From Bacteroidota bacterium (lineage in GTDB: Bacteria > Bacteroidota > Ignavibacteria > Kryptoniales > JAKASW01), in NCBI GenBank assembly GCA_021825585.1, contig JAKAGT010000016.1:33617-97616 (forward strand): a stretch of DNA of 64,000 bases. Reading direction: 5' to 3'. This document shows positions 18,239-27,971 of this stretch, piece by piece. The translations under genes and the position numbers were made by a program. The notes below the pieces were generated by a model. The model was not told where the DNA came from. It did not search any database and worked only from the letters and a program-made list of their open reading frames with translations. Within the stretch, counting starts at the first letter, position 1. Each line of letters opens with the position of its first letter.

Positions 18239-18835
18239 TTATTTTTGAATTTTGACTTTTGCTTTTTGACTCGTTACACTGAAAATCTCAAAAAGTCGGT
18301 ACACTGCGATACCATAAGCCACCGCCACATTCAGCGAGTGTTTCACTCCGAGCATCGGGATATCGACAGCCAGGTCGGCCGCTTCGATGACGTCCTTCGT
18401 TATTCCGCCGATTTCGTTTCCAACAGCGATGCAGACCGGAAAAACGGTATCATCGAGTTCCCAGATCGGAATGCTTTCCCGCGTCTGTTCGAGTACGGCG
18501 AACTTTATTCCCTGTGATTTCATCTCCTCAACTGCGTCGATCGGTTTCTTGTGGTAGGACCACGGCACACTTTCCACCGCGCCAAGTGCAGTCTTTGAGA
18601 TTTCGGGACGAGGCGGGTAAGGAGTAAAGCCGGTAAGGCAGAGCCTGGAAAGGAGGACCGCGTCGGAGGTCCTGAATATGGATCCGACATTGTAGAGGCT
18701 GCGCACGTTCTCGAGAAATCCGTAAATAGGCGTCCGCCGCGCGGAGATTGCCTGTTCCGCCGTCAGTCTGTTTGCAGAGATCTCGAAATTGGTAAGCTTA
18801 TGCATCCGCAGTTTCGCGGCGCTTTGACTTGGCAA
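18239..18835 (-). CDS. SpoU/TrmH family RNA 2'-O-methyltransferase
   Basis: 198 aa with SPOUT motifs (NVGSIFRTSDA, AVGNEIGGI, SLNVAVAYGIAVY). Start uncertain. Confidence 0.8.
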   Translation of the reverse strand: MPSQSAAKLRMHKLTNFEISANRLTAEQAISARRTPIYGFLENVRSLYNVGSIFRTSDAVLLSRLCLTGFTPYPPRPEISKTALGAVESVPWSYHKKPIDAVEEMKSQGIKFAVLEQTRESIPIWELDDTVFPVCIAVGNEIGGITKDVIEAADLAVDIPMLGVKHSLNVAVAYGIAVYRLFEIFSVTSQKAKVKIQK

Positions 18836-19154
18836 ACCACAACCTGTAAAACACCGCTTCCATGATTGTCAGCAGAATAAGCGACAGCGTGTCGCCGTTC
18901 AGGATGGCGCTGAGTCCCTTCTGGCCGAAGATGACATGTATTAGGAACGACGACATCGTCCAGCCGGCAGTGAAGACAATCGCGGCGAAGACCAGCGCGA
19001 GAAAAGCCTCGCCGAGACTCTCTTCGGAATATCTCTTTGAGAAAAGATAAACGCCGCCGGTGATGTGCATCCAGAAAATCAGAACGGGAATCATACCCGG
19101 ATAAAATCTCATTCGGGAATGTGAAAAGCAAGGTTGAGACTTTTGAATGGTCAT
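18798..19154 (-). CDS. small integral membrane protein, unknown function
   Basis: 118-aa ORF with 3 predicted TM segments. The start is probably an internal Met. It overlaps the trmH-like ORF start by about 38 nt. Confidence 0.45.
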   Translation of the reverse strand: MTIQKSQPCFSHSRMRFYPGMIPVLIFWMHITGGVYLFSKRYSEESLGEAFLALVFAAIVFTAGWTMSSFLIHVIFGQKGLSAILNGDTLSLILLTIMEAVFYRLWFAKSKRRETADA

Positions 19155-19223
19155 CGCGCCCTAATCTTTGTAAAATCTCCCTTTCACAGATATATTCTAA
19201 TATACACAGAAGGAGAATTTAAT

Positions 19224-20108
19224 CTGAAAGTCATCGTTCCGGCGTCAACATCAAATTTGGGTCCGGGCTTCGACACACTCGGACTCGCTGTAAATAGATA
19301 CGTCGTCATTGATGCAAGTGCATCGTCGCACTTTTCGGTAGAGATAACCGGAGAGGGTGCTGACGGAATTCCGACCGACGAAAGGAATCTTACCGCGGTC
19401 GGAATGAAAACAATACTCGGGACTCTTCCGGACCTGCAGGTGAAAATTTACAACGGCATACCGTCATGCGGCGGGTTCGGTGCAAGCGGCGCGGCAATCA
19501 TTGGCGGGTTGCTGCTAGCCAACGAGCTTTCGAGCACGAAACTCACCATCGACGAGATCTATAACCTTGCAGTAAAGATCGAGGGTCACCCTGATAACGT
19601 CAGTGCCGCATTGTACGGGGGGCTTGTCGTGAATGCGCGCGGCGGCAACGGAACCTATTCGCGACTCAAGATTCCGGTCGAAAGCAAACTCAAGTTTGTC
19701 GCAGTACTTCCCGACTCGAAGGTCGAAACCGAAGTTGCGAGAAAGCTCCTGCCGGATTCGGTGAAACTCCACGATGCCGTGTCCAACGTCCAGCACAGCT
19801 CCCTCCTCGTCGCGGCTATGGCATCAGGGAACTATGAGATGATTAGGCAGGCCGTTCACGACGAGCTTCATCAGAAATATCGGAAGGAGCTGATCCCTCA
19901 CTATGACCGGTTCTCCGATGCGGCGATGAAGAGCGGTGCCCTTGCGTATGCAGTGAGCGGAGCGGGGAGCAGCTGCGTCGCCTTCTGCCTGGACGACCAT
20001 AAGAGTGTCCAGAGGGCCTTAGAGGATCTGATAGACGAGCTCGGGCTGAATTGGCGCGCCGAAGTCTTCGAGCCTGTGAACAAAGGCGCCGAAGTTTTCA
20101 TCGACTAA
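19224..20108 (+). CDS. thrB: homoserine kinase
   Basis: GHMP kinase (PASTSNLGPGFD, GIPSCGGFGASGA). The conserved N-terminus begins at LKVIVPAS, whose CTG (19224) lies 7 nt after AGGAGA. The ORF-track ATG (19134) adds 30 non-conserved residues that overlap the divergent gene. Confidence 0.85.
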   Translation: MKVIVPASTSNLGPGFDTLGLAVNRYVVIDASASSHFSVEITGEGADGIPTDERNLTAVGMKTILGTLPDLQVKIYNGIPSCGGFGASGAAIIGGLLLANELSSTKLTIDEIYNLAVKIEGHPDNVSAALYGGLVVNARGGNGTYSRLKIPVESKLKFVAVLPDSKVETEVARKLLPDSVKLHDAVSNVQHSSLLVAAMASGNYEMIRQAVHDELHQKYRKELIPHYDRFSDAAMKSGALAYAVSGAGSSCVAFCLDDHKSVQRALEDLIDELGLNWRAEVFEPVNKGAEVFID

Positions 20109-20130
20109 ACACAATCGCAGCTTACTGAAT

Positions 20131-21435
20131 ATGGCAACAATCGCTATCGTGGGGAGACCCAACGTCGGAAAATCGACGCTCTTTAACCGTCTTACCGGAG
20201 GAAGGCGCGCGATTGTGGACGATAAACCCGGCATCACTCGCGACAGGATCTACGGTTCTTTCGAATGGGGCGGGAGACAATTCACGGTAATCGATACGGG
20301 CGGATTTGTCCCGGATTCGCAGGATATCTTCGAACGCGCGATCAGAGAACAGGCACAGTATGCCGTCGACGAGGCCGATGCTATCATCCTTGCCGTCGAC
20401 GGACCTGCCGGCCTGCATCCGATCGATAAGGAGCTCGCCAAAATTCTCCGCAAGAGGAGCAAGAAAGTGCTCCTGGCAGTGAACAAGATAGATGATGCGA
20501 AACACGAGAGGAATATCGCCCAGTTCTTCGAACTTGGTTTCGAGAGAGTCATGGGGATTTCGGCTCAGCTCGGCAGAAGCGTCGGCGATTTCCTGGACGA
20601 GGTGGCTTCGATTGTGCCGGATGACAAAGCCGGTGAAGACCTTCCCGGGATAAAGCGAGTGGCGATTGTGGGAAAGCCGAATGTCGGAAAATCATCCCTG
20701 GTTAACCTGCTCCTGGGCGAAAACCGTTCGATCGTAACCGATGTGCCGGGAACGACAAGGGATTCGGTAGACTCATTGATGAAATTTCAGGGGGAAGAGA
20801 TAATTCTCATCGATACTGCCGGCTTGAGACGGAAGAGCAAGATCAAAGAGTCCGTGGAGTTCTTCAGTGCGCTCCGCACGTTTCAGGCTGTCGAGCGGTG
20901 CGACACCGCCATCGTTCTGTTCGATGCTTCGATCGGAGTGGAGAAACAGGACCTGCAGGTGGTAGAGTATACGATCGAACAGGGCAAGCCGGTAATAATC
21001 GGCGTCAACAAATGGGACCTGGTTCATAAGGACGAAGTCAGCGCGAAGGAATATGGGGAGGCCATAAAGACGAGGCTGCGGATGTACGATTTCGTGCCGA
21101 TAATTTTCGTCTCGGTCCTGAGGAATCAACGGGTGCAGAAACTCCTTTCGAAAGCCCTCGGGACATTAGAGACATCGAAGTCGAAGATAAAAACGAGCGA
21201 GCTCAACGGTTACCTCCTTCCGCTTATCGAGCAGACACCGCCGTTCTCCAAAACAGGTAAGGAGATCAGGATAAAGTATATCACACAGGTAGACAGCAGG
21301 ATTCCGACCTTTGCGATGTTCACTAACCTCCCCGAAGAAGTGTCGGGTACGTATAAGAGATTCATCGAGAACAAATTTCGCGAGAAGTTCGGATTTGAGG
21401 GGGTTCCGGTAAGGTTCGTCTTCCGTCAGAAGTAA
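20131..21435 (+). CDS. der: ribosome-associated GTPase Der/EngA
   Basis: 434 aa with two tandem GTPase domains (GRPNVGKST, GKPNVGKSS) and a KH-like C-terminus. Confidence 0.95.
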   Translation: MATIAIVGRPNVGKSTLFNRLTGGRRAIVDDKPGITRDRIYGSFEWGGRQFTVIDTGGFVPDSQDIFERAIREQAQYAVDEADAIILAVDGPAGLHPIDKELAKILRKRSKKVLLAVNKIDDAKHERNIAQFFELGFERVMGISAQLGRSVGDFLDEVASIVPDDKAGEDLPGIKRVAIVGKPNVGKSSLVNLLLGENRSIVTDVPGTTRDSVDSLMKFQGEEIILIDTAGLRRKSKIKESVEFFSALRTFQAVERCDTAIVLFDASIGVEKQDLQVVEYTIEQGKPVIIGVNKWDLVHKDEVSAKEYGEAIKTRLRMYDFVPIIFVSVLRNQRVQKLLSKALGTLETSKSKIKTSELNGYLLPLIEQTPPFSKTGKEIRIKYITQVDSRIPTFAMFTNLPEEVSGTYKRFIENKFREKFGFEGVPVRFVFRQK

Positions 21436-21479
21436 GAGCCGGACCCGTTCCGGACCTGCGAGTAAAGGCTTTACAGCAA

Positions 21480-22190
21480 ATGCTCGAACTTGTTTCGTTA
21501 TCTAAGAAGTTCGGATCGTTCACCGCGGTGGACGACCTATCGTTAAAAGTCGATGCAGGGGACGTGTATGGTTTTCTCGGACCGAACGGGGCGGGGAAGA
21601 CTACCACGATAAAAATGGTCGCCACACTTCTGAAACCTACCTCCGGAAAGGTGACCATAAACGGTTTTGATGCGCATCAATCTCCGGAAACGGCGAAGAA
21701 GTTCCTTTCTTATGTTCCCGATCAGCCTTTTCTTTACGACAAGCTTACCGGAAAAGAGTTCCTTCTCTTCGTGGCAAAAATGTATATGATGGACGAGTCT
21801 GATGCGGAGAAGGGCATTGAAGAGGCGTCCAGCATCTTTGAAGTAAAACCCTGGCTCAACAAGCGGATCGAGGACTATTCGCAGGGGATGAGACAGCGGC
21901 TCGTCCTCGCGGCCGCCCTGGTACATAAGCCGAAACTCATCGTCATAGATGAACCGATGGTTGGGCTCGATCCCAAGGGTGCTGAGACCTTCAAGGCTCA
22001 CATAAGACTCGTTGCGGAAAACGGGTCGGCGGTTTTCATGACGACCCATCAGCTTTCACTCGCAAAGGAAGTCTGCAATCGCGTCGGAGTCATACACAAC
22101 GGCCGGCTGGTATATGAAGATTTGATGGCCGTCTTTTCGGGTGACGGCGTTGCGAGTCTCGAGAAGAAATACATCGAGCTCACTTCGTGA
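21480..22190 (+). CDS. ABC transporter ATP-binding protein
   Basis: 236 aa with Walker A GPNGAGKTT, signature YSQGMRQRL and Walker B LIVIDEP. Confidence 0.9.
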   Translation: MLELVSLSKKFGSFTAVDDLSLKVDAGDVYGFLGPNGAGKTTTIKMVATLLKPTSGKVTINGFDAHQSPETAKKFLSYVPDQPFLYDKLTGKEFLLFVAKMYMMDESDAEKGIEEASSIFEVKPWLNKRIEDYSQGMRQRLVLAAALVHKPKLIVIDEPMVGLDPKGAETFKAHIRLVAENGSAVFMTTHQLSLAKEVCNRVGVIHNGRLVYEDLMAVFSGDGVASLEKKYIELTS

Positions 22191-22206
22191 AGTGAGGAGC
22201 AGCTGA

Positions 22207-23859
22207 ATGCTTAAGCATCTGGTCGGAACGAAACTACACCTGCTCTACCTTGAAGGAGGAGAGCGGATGAGCCGTCACCTCATGAGGTCGGTGTTTTCCT
22301 TTCTTACTTTCGCTCTATTCGCCTACCTGACGTTTGAAGTAGTCAAATTCACCACTTCATACCTGATACTGGAAGCGAAAGTCGGTCTGTTTGTCTTCTA
22401 CAGACTGATGGCTCTGGCATTCTTCGTCTTTTTCGCCATCATAAGCGTCGCCAACGTACTCGTGGCTTTTGCGACCGTGTTCAGGAACATCGAGGCGGAG
22501 TTCCTTCATACACTGCCGATCAAGCCGGTCGAGATATTCCTGGCCCGGTTCCTGGATTCGTTCCTGTACAGCTCTGCGCTGATGCTAATTCTGGTGCTGG
22601 CTGCCGTTTCAGGCTACGGCGCCTTCTTCAAGGATCCGGTGACTGCCATTCTCGGTGTGCTCCTCTCGATCCTGCCTCTTATTCTTTCTGCTGCTTGCCT
22701 GGGAGCCATAGTCCTGCTCCTCGCACTGAAGCTTTCCAAGGAAATTTCCATAAAGACGGCGGTCGTCGTACTCTCGCTTATCTATGCCGGCGGGACTTAC
22801 ATGTATATCAGGTTCAACAATCCCTTCACACTCTTCACGGAAGTCATGAAATACTATCCGCACATAGATCAGTACCTTGGGGCCCTTGATCCGAAGGCGG
22901 ATTATCTGGTTCCGAGTTTCTGGTCGGCGAATTTCTTCTACTTCGCCGCCACGGGCAATGTTGCAGGTGCGGTGTTGTCGGCCCTTATAGTGTGCGGGAT
23001 CGCCGCGCTGTTATTCGTTCTGATGCTGCGGCTTGCCGGCAAGTATTATCAGGAGGCGTACTGGATTGCGCGCCACAAATTGTTCGAAAGAAAGGCGGCA
23101 AGATCCGGAGAAGGATTCGGCGTGACCGCAGGGAAACGAGCGCGTCCTGTATCGCTTCTTAAGAGGGATTTCCTGCTGTTTGTACGGGAACCGAGCCAGA
23201 CGTTTCACTTCGCCGTCATGGTTATACTGATAGGGGTCTTCCTTTTCAATCTTTTTGAGATGAAGATTTACCTGCCCGACACGTTCATCGTGTCAGCCGC
23301 ATTCACGCTCATTTTTGCATTCAACAGTTTTCTCATAGTGGCATTTGCGGTGAGATTCGTCTATCCGATGATCAGCCTCGAAGGAGAAAGCGTCTGGTTC
23401 CTGCGCTCGTCGCCGATGAAACCGGAGAGACTTTTCTATTCGAAACTGGTGCCGGGCGTGGCAGTACTTTCGGCCATCGGAATCGTACTCGGTTATGCTG
23501 CGCCGTCTCCGTTCAAGAACTTCCGCGGGTTGGTGCCGGAGAGCGTCCTCTATGGACTTGCTGGAGGAATAATTTTTCCGTCGGTGGCGATGGTATTTGG
23601 GGGAGCTTTCGTTGACTACACTGAAAAGAACCCCGTGAGAGTTGCGTCATCGCACGGTGCCACGGTCTCGCTGCTGATCTCGCTCGGCGTCATGGTCATC
23701 CTGAGCTCCATGGTCTTCAGCCAATCGTTCAAGTACTTTTCCGTCCATACTAACTTCCGGTTTGATACGTCGGTAATCTGGACGCTGGCAGGAATCGGAA
23801 CCGCTTCCGTTGTCCTCGCCAGATACTTCGGGGGAAGAGCGCTCAGGATGGACCTCTGA
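22207..23859 (+). CDS. multi-TM putative ABC exporter permease
   Basis: 550 aa with at least 10 hydrophobic segments, immediately downstream of the ATPase gene. Confidence 0.7.
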   Translation: MLKHLVGTKLHLLYLEGGERMSRHLMRSVFSFLTFALFAYLTFEVVKFTTSYLILEAKVGLFVFYRLMALAFFVFFAIISVANVLVAFATVFRNIEAEFLHTLPIKPVEIFLARFLDSFLYSSALMLILVLAAVSGYGAFFKDPVTAILGVLLSILPLILSAACLGAIVLLLALKLSKEISIKTAVVVLSLIYAGGTYMYIRFNNPFTLFTEVMKYYPHIDQYLGALDPKADYLVPSFWSANFFYFAATGNVAGAVLSALIVCGIAALLFVLMLRLAGKYYQEAYWIARHKLFERKAARSGEGFGVTAGKRARPVSLLKRDFLLFVREPSQTFHFAVMVILIGVFLFNLFEMKIYLPDTFIVSAAFTLIFAFNSFLIVAFAVRFVYPMISLEGESVWFLRSSPMKPERLFYSKLVPGVAVLSAIGIVLGYAAPSPFKNFRGLVPESVLYGLAGGIIFPSVAMVFGGAFVDYTEKNPVRVASSHGATVSLLISLGVMVILSSMVFSQSFKYFSVHTNFRFDTSVIWTLAGIGTASVVLARYFGGRALRMDL

Positions 23860-23978
23860 CCGATAGGCTCTTCGTGCTTTCTCGTTTGAACTCAAACACC
23901 AAGAGGCGCGGAGAGATGTCTGTCCCATGTTCGCTCAACGTCTCCGTGCCTCTGCGATTCAATTGATCGGCAGTTGTC

Positions 23979-25024
23979 TTACCACTTCTGCATTATCTCT
24001 CCGAAGCATTCGAGTCCGCTCGATAGAACCGAACCATAACCGTGTCCCAGCCTGCTCTGGCCCGAATTGTCGACGGTTTGGTCCCAGCCGTAATTTGCGC
24101 CGCGGTAGTTGCTGGTGTACCTGACGTTTGTCAGCGGAGTCCCAATCTCCTTTACCTCAATTACGTCGGCTAAACCCGGGAGAAGCGTCGTGTCCACTTT
24201 CTCGATAAGGATATCCGCCATACGCTCCTTTTCTTCCCTGTACGCGGATTTATTCCCGCTAAAATAGTCCGATTCAAACGGCTTCAAGTGATCATAACCC
24301 TGGAAAACAATGATGTTGACGGTATTTTTTCCGGCAGGTGAGTAGCCCTTATAAATGTTGTCGTACAAAGTGACGGCGTATCCGGGATCGCTCAAATCCG
24401 ATTCCTGCGCCGCCCTGTATGCCGCTTCCATATCGTACCCCGATTGATAGAATATTTCCGAAATCTGTAGATATCGTCGGTGAGTGCCTGCATGTCTTGA
24501 AATATCCCTTCGATGCCTTTCTTCTCTTCGGGGAAATAACCGGTCAACATCCTGATGTACTGCCGGAGATCTTTCTGCGGTACCCTGACGTCGTAATCGG
24601 GATAGATCGCCCGGTAAAGATTCGGATGAGGGACAAACTCGACGTCTCTGATCTCCGGAAAGCCCGGAATGAGATTATGCAATCCGTCTCTTTCACCGGC
24701 TCCCGTAGAGTGAAGCGAAACGTCGAAGACGAACCCGCCGGGCTTGTCATGCTGCTCCAATACGAGGACTTTGAATCCCTGCCTTGCAAAACCGGCGGCG
24801 CAGCTCAGCCCGCCCAATCCGGAGCCGATGATTATTGCGTCGTATTCATCTGCTTTTGAAAATGCGCTTACTCTCCTTGGAAGTGAACTCCAATCCAGGG
24901 CGAGCACCGAGATCCCGCCGAGGACATACTTCAGAAAATCTCTTCTTTCAATTCCCTTGCTGTCCATTGACGTTCCTCCTGACTTGTTTTCGAAAAGTAC
25001 CGGAAGAGGTCGGGATCGAATCAT
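23979..25024 (-). pseudogene. disrupted Tat-signal FAD-dependent oxidoreductase (CrtI/phytoene-desaturase-like)
   Basis: N-terminal fragment (24392..25024) has a twin-arginine signal RRDFLKY and dinucleotide fold DAIIIGSGLGGLSCAAGFARQGFKVLVLEQHDKPGG. The C-terminal fragment (23979..24431) is in another frame. Together they total about 360 aa versus about 500 expected, implying a frameshift plus internal loss. Confidence 0.7.
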
Positions 25025-25113
25025 CTCCGGTATGAATCCTGGCGACTAAGTGCTTGGTATCCCGGATCCCGTAGCTGCCTGTTGTTTAGCCGTGGTATGG
25101 CGCCGACAGGCTG

Positions 25114-25380
25114 ATGAATGCGCTCTGTGCCGCCGGGTTTCTCAGGAAAAAGAAGGAGAAATTCAGCAATACGCCGCTCACCTTTCGCTTCCTGGTGAAA
25201 GGGAATCCGGACTACATGGCGGGTCTCATGCATCAGGTCAGCCTGTGGAAGACCTGGAGCACTCTCACCGAGGCAGTGCGAACGGGCTCTGCCGTCGTCG
25301 GACGCGATTCTGTGAACTATACCAGCGATTCTCTCGGCAGCGAATTCGATCTCGTGTTTCTGTCGGCCATTATCCACAGT
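25114..25380 (+). pseudogene. O-methyltransferase remnant
   Basis: Retains the end of the dimerisation region (FSNTPLTFRFLV...LWKTWSTLTEAVRTG) and then jumps to FDLVFLSAIIHS. The SAM-binding core (DVGGGxG region) is missing and there is no credible start. Confidence 0.55.
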
Positions 25381-25420
25381 AATTCTCCGAGGACAAACAA
25401 GATCTTGTTAAAGTCCTCTG

Positions 25421-26437
25421 CTAAGTGTCCGCCGGATCCACTTGCCCCTTTTCTTCGTCTTCCTTCCCGATAAAATATTCGGGATACAATTTCTTTGCAC
25501 AATCGGGACAGATGCCGTGTGAGAACTCTGCTTCCGAATGATCGTGGATGTATTGCTCCAGTTGTTCCCAATAACCTTTGTCATCCCGGATTTTTTTGCA
25601 GTTGGAGCAGATGGGAATCAGTCCGCTGAGTGTTTTTATGCTGGCCTGGGCCTCAATGATCTCGTGAGTCCTTTGCTGCACCTTCAGTTCCAGGTTGGCG
25701 TTCAAGTCTTCGTATGCCTTGTGGAAATCCACGAATCTATCCAGTAATGTGTAAGCCATGGATACAACCATCAGGAAAAACGGATATTCGCTCACATAGA
25801 CGAAGGGATAAATCTGCATCGCTACCATCGAGTCGCTTGCAACTCCTATGAAGTAAGTGAGCCCGCAGTAAACAACAAACAGCAGTGTCTTCTTCTTCGT
25901 CTTTCGATAGTAGCCGATGTAGAGGAAAAGGATGTAGCTGAAGATCAATAATGCGGAGAGAATTTCCACCCGGTAGAGAAATCCCACCGAAGACTCATAG
26001 TACCTGATCTTCAGCAGATTGAGAAAGTGCACGTCCTTAATGGCGGGCGTAGCAGTCGAAAGCGTGAGTGCCGGGTCGGCCGCGAAGGAGAGGACTAACA
26101 ATGCTCCGAACCAGGCTATGGAGAACCGAAGGGTCCGTTGACTTTTTTGTTCGGTGAAAATATTCGTGAACCATAACGAGAAGATCATAATGGCCGCCAC
26201 TGAGTCGAGCTGTATTCTCTGCCAGAAAACCCCGGCAGGCGGCGAGGACTCTTGTTCTTCAAATGCGCCTAATCCCACGCGCCGCATTCTTGTCGCACCT
26301 TCAGCTCCCTTGAAGCACGATGCCGTGAAGTCTTCTAACCTGCCGTCCCGCTCACGGTCGGGTAAGGTGTATGTGGTCGTCTTTAGTCCCATTCCCAGCC
26401 GCTTTATCTCACATAAACCGGGCTGGTCGCGAAGCAC
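25421..26437 (-). CDS. multi-TM sensor-like protein with a C-terminal Cys-rich (CxxC...CxxC) module; possibly 5'-truncated
   Basis: 338 aa with about 5 TM helices resembling a 7TMR-DISM membrane core, then a coiled coil, then LIPICSNCKKIRDDKGYWEQLEQYIHDHSEAEFSHGICPDCAKKLYPEYF. The N-terminal ~75 aa look non-native. Confidence 0.65.
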   Translation of the reverse strand: MLRDQPGLCEIKRLGMGLKTTTYTLPDRERDGRLEDFTASCFKGAEGATRMRRVGLGAFEEQESSPPAGVFWQRIQLDSVAAIMIFSLWFTNIFTEQKSQRTLRFSIAWFGALLVLSFAADPALTLSTATPAIKDVHFLNLLKIRYYESSVGFLYRVEILSALLIFSYILFLYIGYYRKTKKKTLLFVVYCGLTYFIGVASDSMVAMQIYPFVYVSEYPFFLMVVSMAYTLLDRFVDFHKAYEDLNANLELKVQQRTHEIIEAQASIKTLSGLIPICSNCKKIRDDKGYWEQLEQYIHDHSEAEFSHGICPDCAKKLYPEYFIGKEDEEKGQVDPADT

Positions 26438-26529
26438 TTCTTATGGTCATTTGGCCCTTGAGAATCCGGCAGAATTCCGACCAACTCACCAAACAACAAA
26501 TCGTTACAAACCTCTACCGTGGAGAAAAA

Positions 26530-27606
26530 CTACTGTCCTATTCCGTTTTTCTCGCCGCTAATTTCCAATTCGTCGTATTTTTGAACCTTGTAAACAATCG
26601 TCGAACTAATCCAGCTTAATACAAAAATTCCGATTATGAAATACCCCATCGTTCCAAAGTCTCCGTTCAGGCGGCTTATGTAAGTCCAGAACCCGCCTTT
26701 CAATTCCAGCTTGCTGCCTATTACGCCAAACGCCTCGATTCCGCCAACCAATAGGGCGACAAGAACGGACACAAAAGTAATGGTCACATTGTAATACAGT
26801 TTTCTCAGAGGTTTAACATAAGCCCAGCCGTAAGCGGCAAGCATCAGGATTCCGTCCGTCGTGTCGATAAGCGACATGCCCGCAGTAAAGATGGCAGGGA
26901 AGAGGAGTATCGACCAAACTGGTAAGCCCTTCGTCGCTTCGGCGGCAGTAATCCCCAGGATGCCGATTTCGGTTGCCGTGTCGAAGCCCAGCCCGAACAG
27001 GAATCCGAGCGGGTACATGTGCCAGCTTCGCTTGATGAGCTTGTAAGCCGGTCGCAAGAACCGTCCCACCAGCCCGCGCTGGTCAAGAAGCGCATTCAAA
27101 GAATCTTCGTCGTAATTTCCGCCGAGCCTGGCCGTCCTGAATGTGCCGTACACGTCGCGAAGGACAATCATGTTGACGAACGCTATTGCGAAAAGGAAGA
27201 TGGCTGAAACGGAGGTACCTATCACGCTGCCGACAGCGCGCATCTCAGGAAAGTTCTTCTGAATAGCGGATGCGGCGATGGCTATAGCAACCGAGGCAAG
27301 GACGACCACGGTCGAGTGGCCAAGAGAGAAGAAGAAACCGACCGATACGGGCCGCTTTCCATCCTGCATCAGTTTACGGGTAACGTTGTCTATTGCTGCG
27401 ATATGGTCTGCATCGACCGCGTGCCGCAAACCGAAAGTGTACGCGATAACGCATGTGCCGATGAGAAGGGGAAAGCCGTGGAACGTCGAAAGTGCAGCAG
27501 CCCAGACCCCGGCATTTGCGGCAATCAGCAAGATGTAAATGCCCACGACTTTCTGCCGCACCTTCCCGGGATTATCGTCGAATATTTTGAGAAAGCGTTT
27601 CATCAC
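26530..27606 (-). CDS. HoxN/HupN/NixA family nickel/cobalt transporter
   Basis: 358 aa, 8 TM, NiCoT signature RHAVDADHIAAIDN. Confidence 0.9.
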   Translation of the reverse strand: MMKRFLKIFDDNPGKVRQKVVGIYILLIAANAGVWAAALSTFHGFPLLIGTCVIAYTFGLRHAVDADHIAAIDNVTRKLMQDGKRPVSVGFFFSLGHSTVVVLASVAIAIAASAIQKNFPEMRAVGSVIGTSVSAIFLFAIAFVNMIVLRDVYGTFRTARLGGNYDEDSLNALLDQRGLVGRFLRPAYKLIKRSWHMYPLGFLFGLGFDTATEIGILGITAAEATKGLPVWSILLFPAIFTAGMSLIDTTDGILMLAAYGWAYVKPLRKLYYNVTITFVSVLVALLVGGIEAFGVIGSKLELKGGFWTYISRLNGDFGTMGYFIIGIFVLSWISSTIVYKVQKYDELEISGEKNGIGQ

Positions 27607-27971
27607 TCCGGTTAGATTCTCCTGTTAGATTATTGATTCGGGGAATCATGAAATATTATCGCAATCGGAAAATGAAGATACAAGAGAGTGATGTCAATAA
27701 TGATCTCAGGGCCATGAACGCCCGCGAATAATGAGGTGAGTTCTCTTCGCTCTCAACGAAAAACTCGGTCTGGATAAATGACTGCGGGGTGAATCCATGA
27801 AAGAGAAGAGGTTTAATATCCCGACTCACGTGGCAGACTGGTTTCCGAACCCCCCCGCGCTCTGATTATTTCTATCGAGATAGTTCACCGGCAACCAGGG
27901 AAAGTCAAGGCATCGAGGAAGAAGAGGCTGACTTTCCCTGAGAATCAGCCGGATATGTGATCCTGATACGG

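Noticed and set aside
18187-18260. Low-complexity TCAAA(A)G repeats and a 16-bp inverted repeat (AAAGTCAAAATTCAAA / TTTGAATTTTGACTTT) between convergent genes.
   Set aside because: It is most simply a bidirectional terminator-like hairpin whose right arm is the trmH-family 3' coding end. There are too few repeats and no spacer structure for a CRISPR or other array.
27607-27971. Cobalamin riboswitch upstream of the NiCoT transporter.
   Set aside because: GGTGAA-like and C/G-rich runs exist. However, the C-rich CCCCCGC element is on the wrong strand and the order of the elements does not match the riboswitch core.
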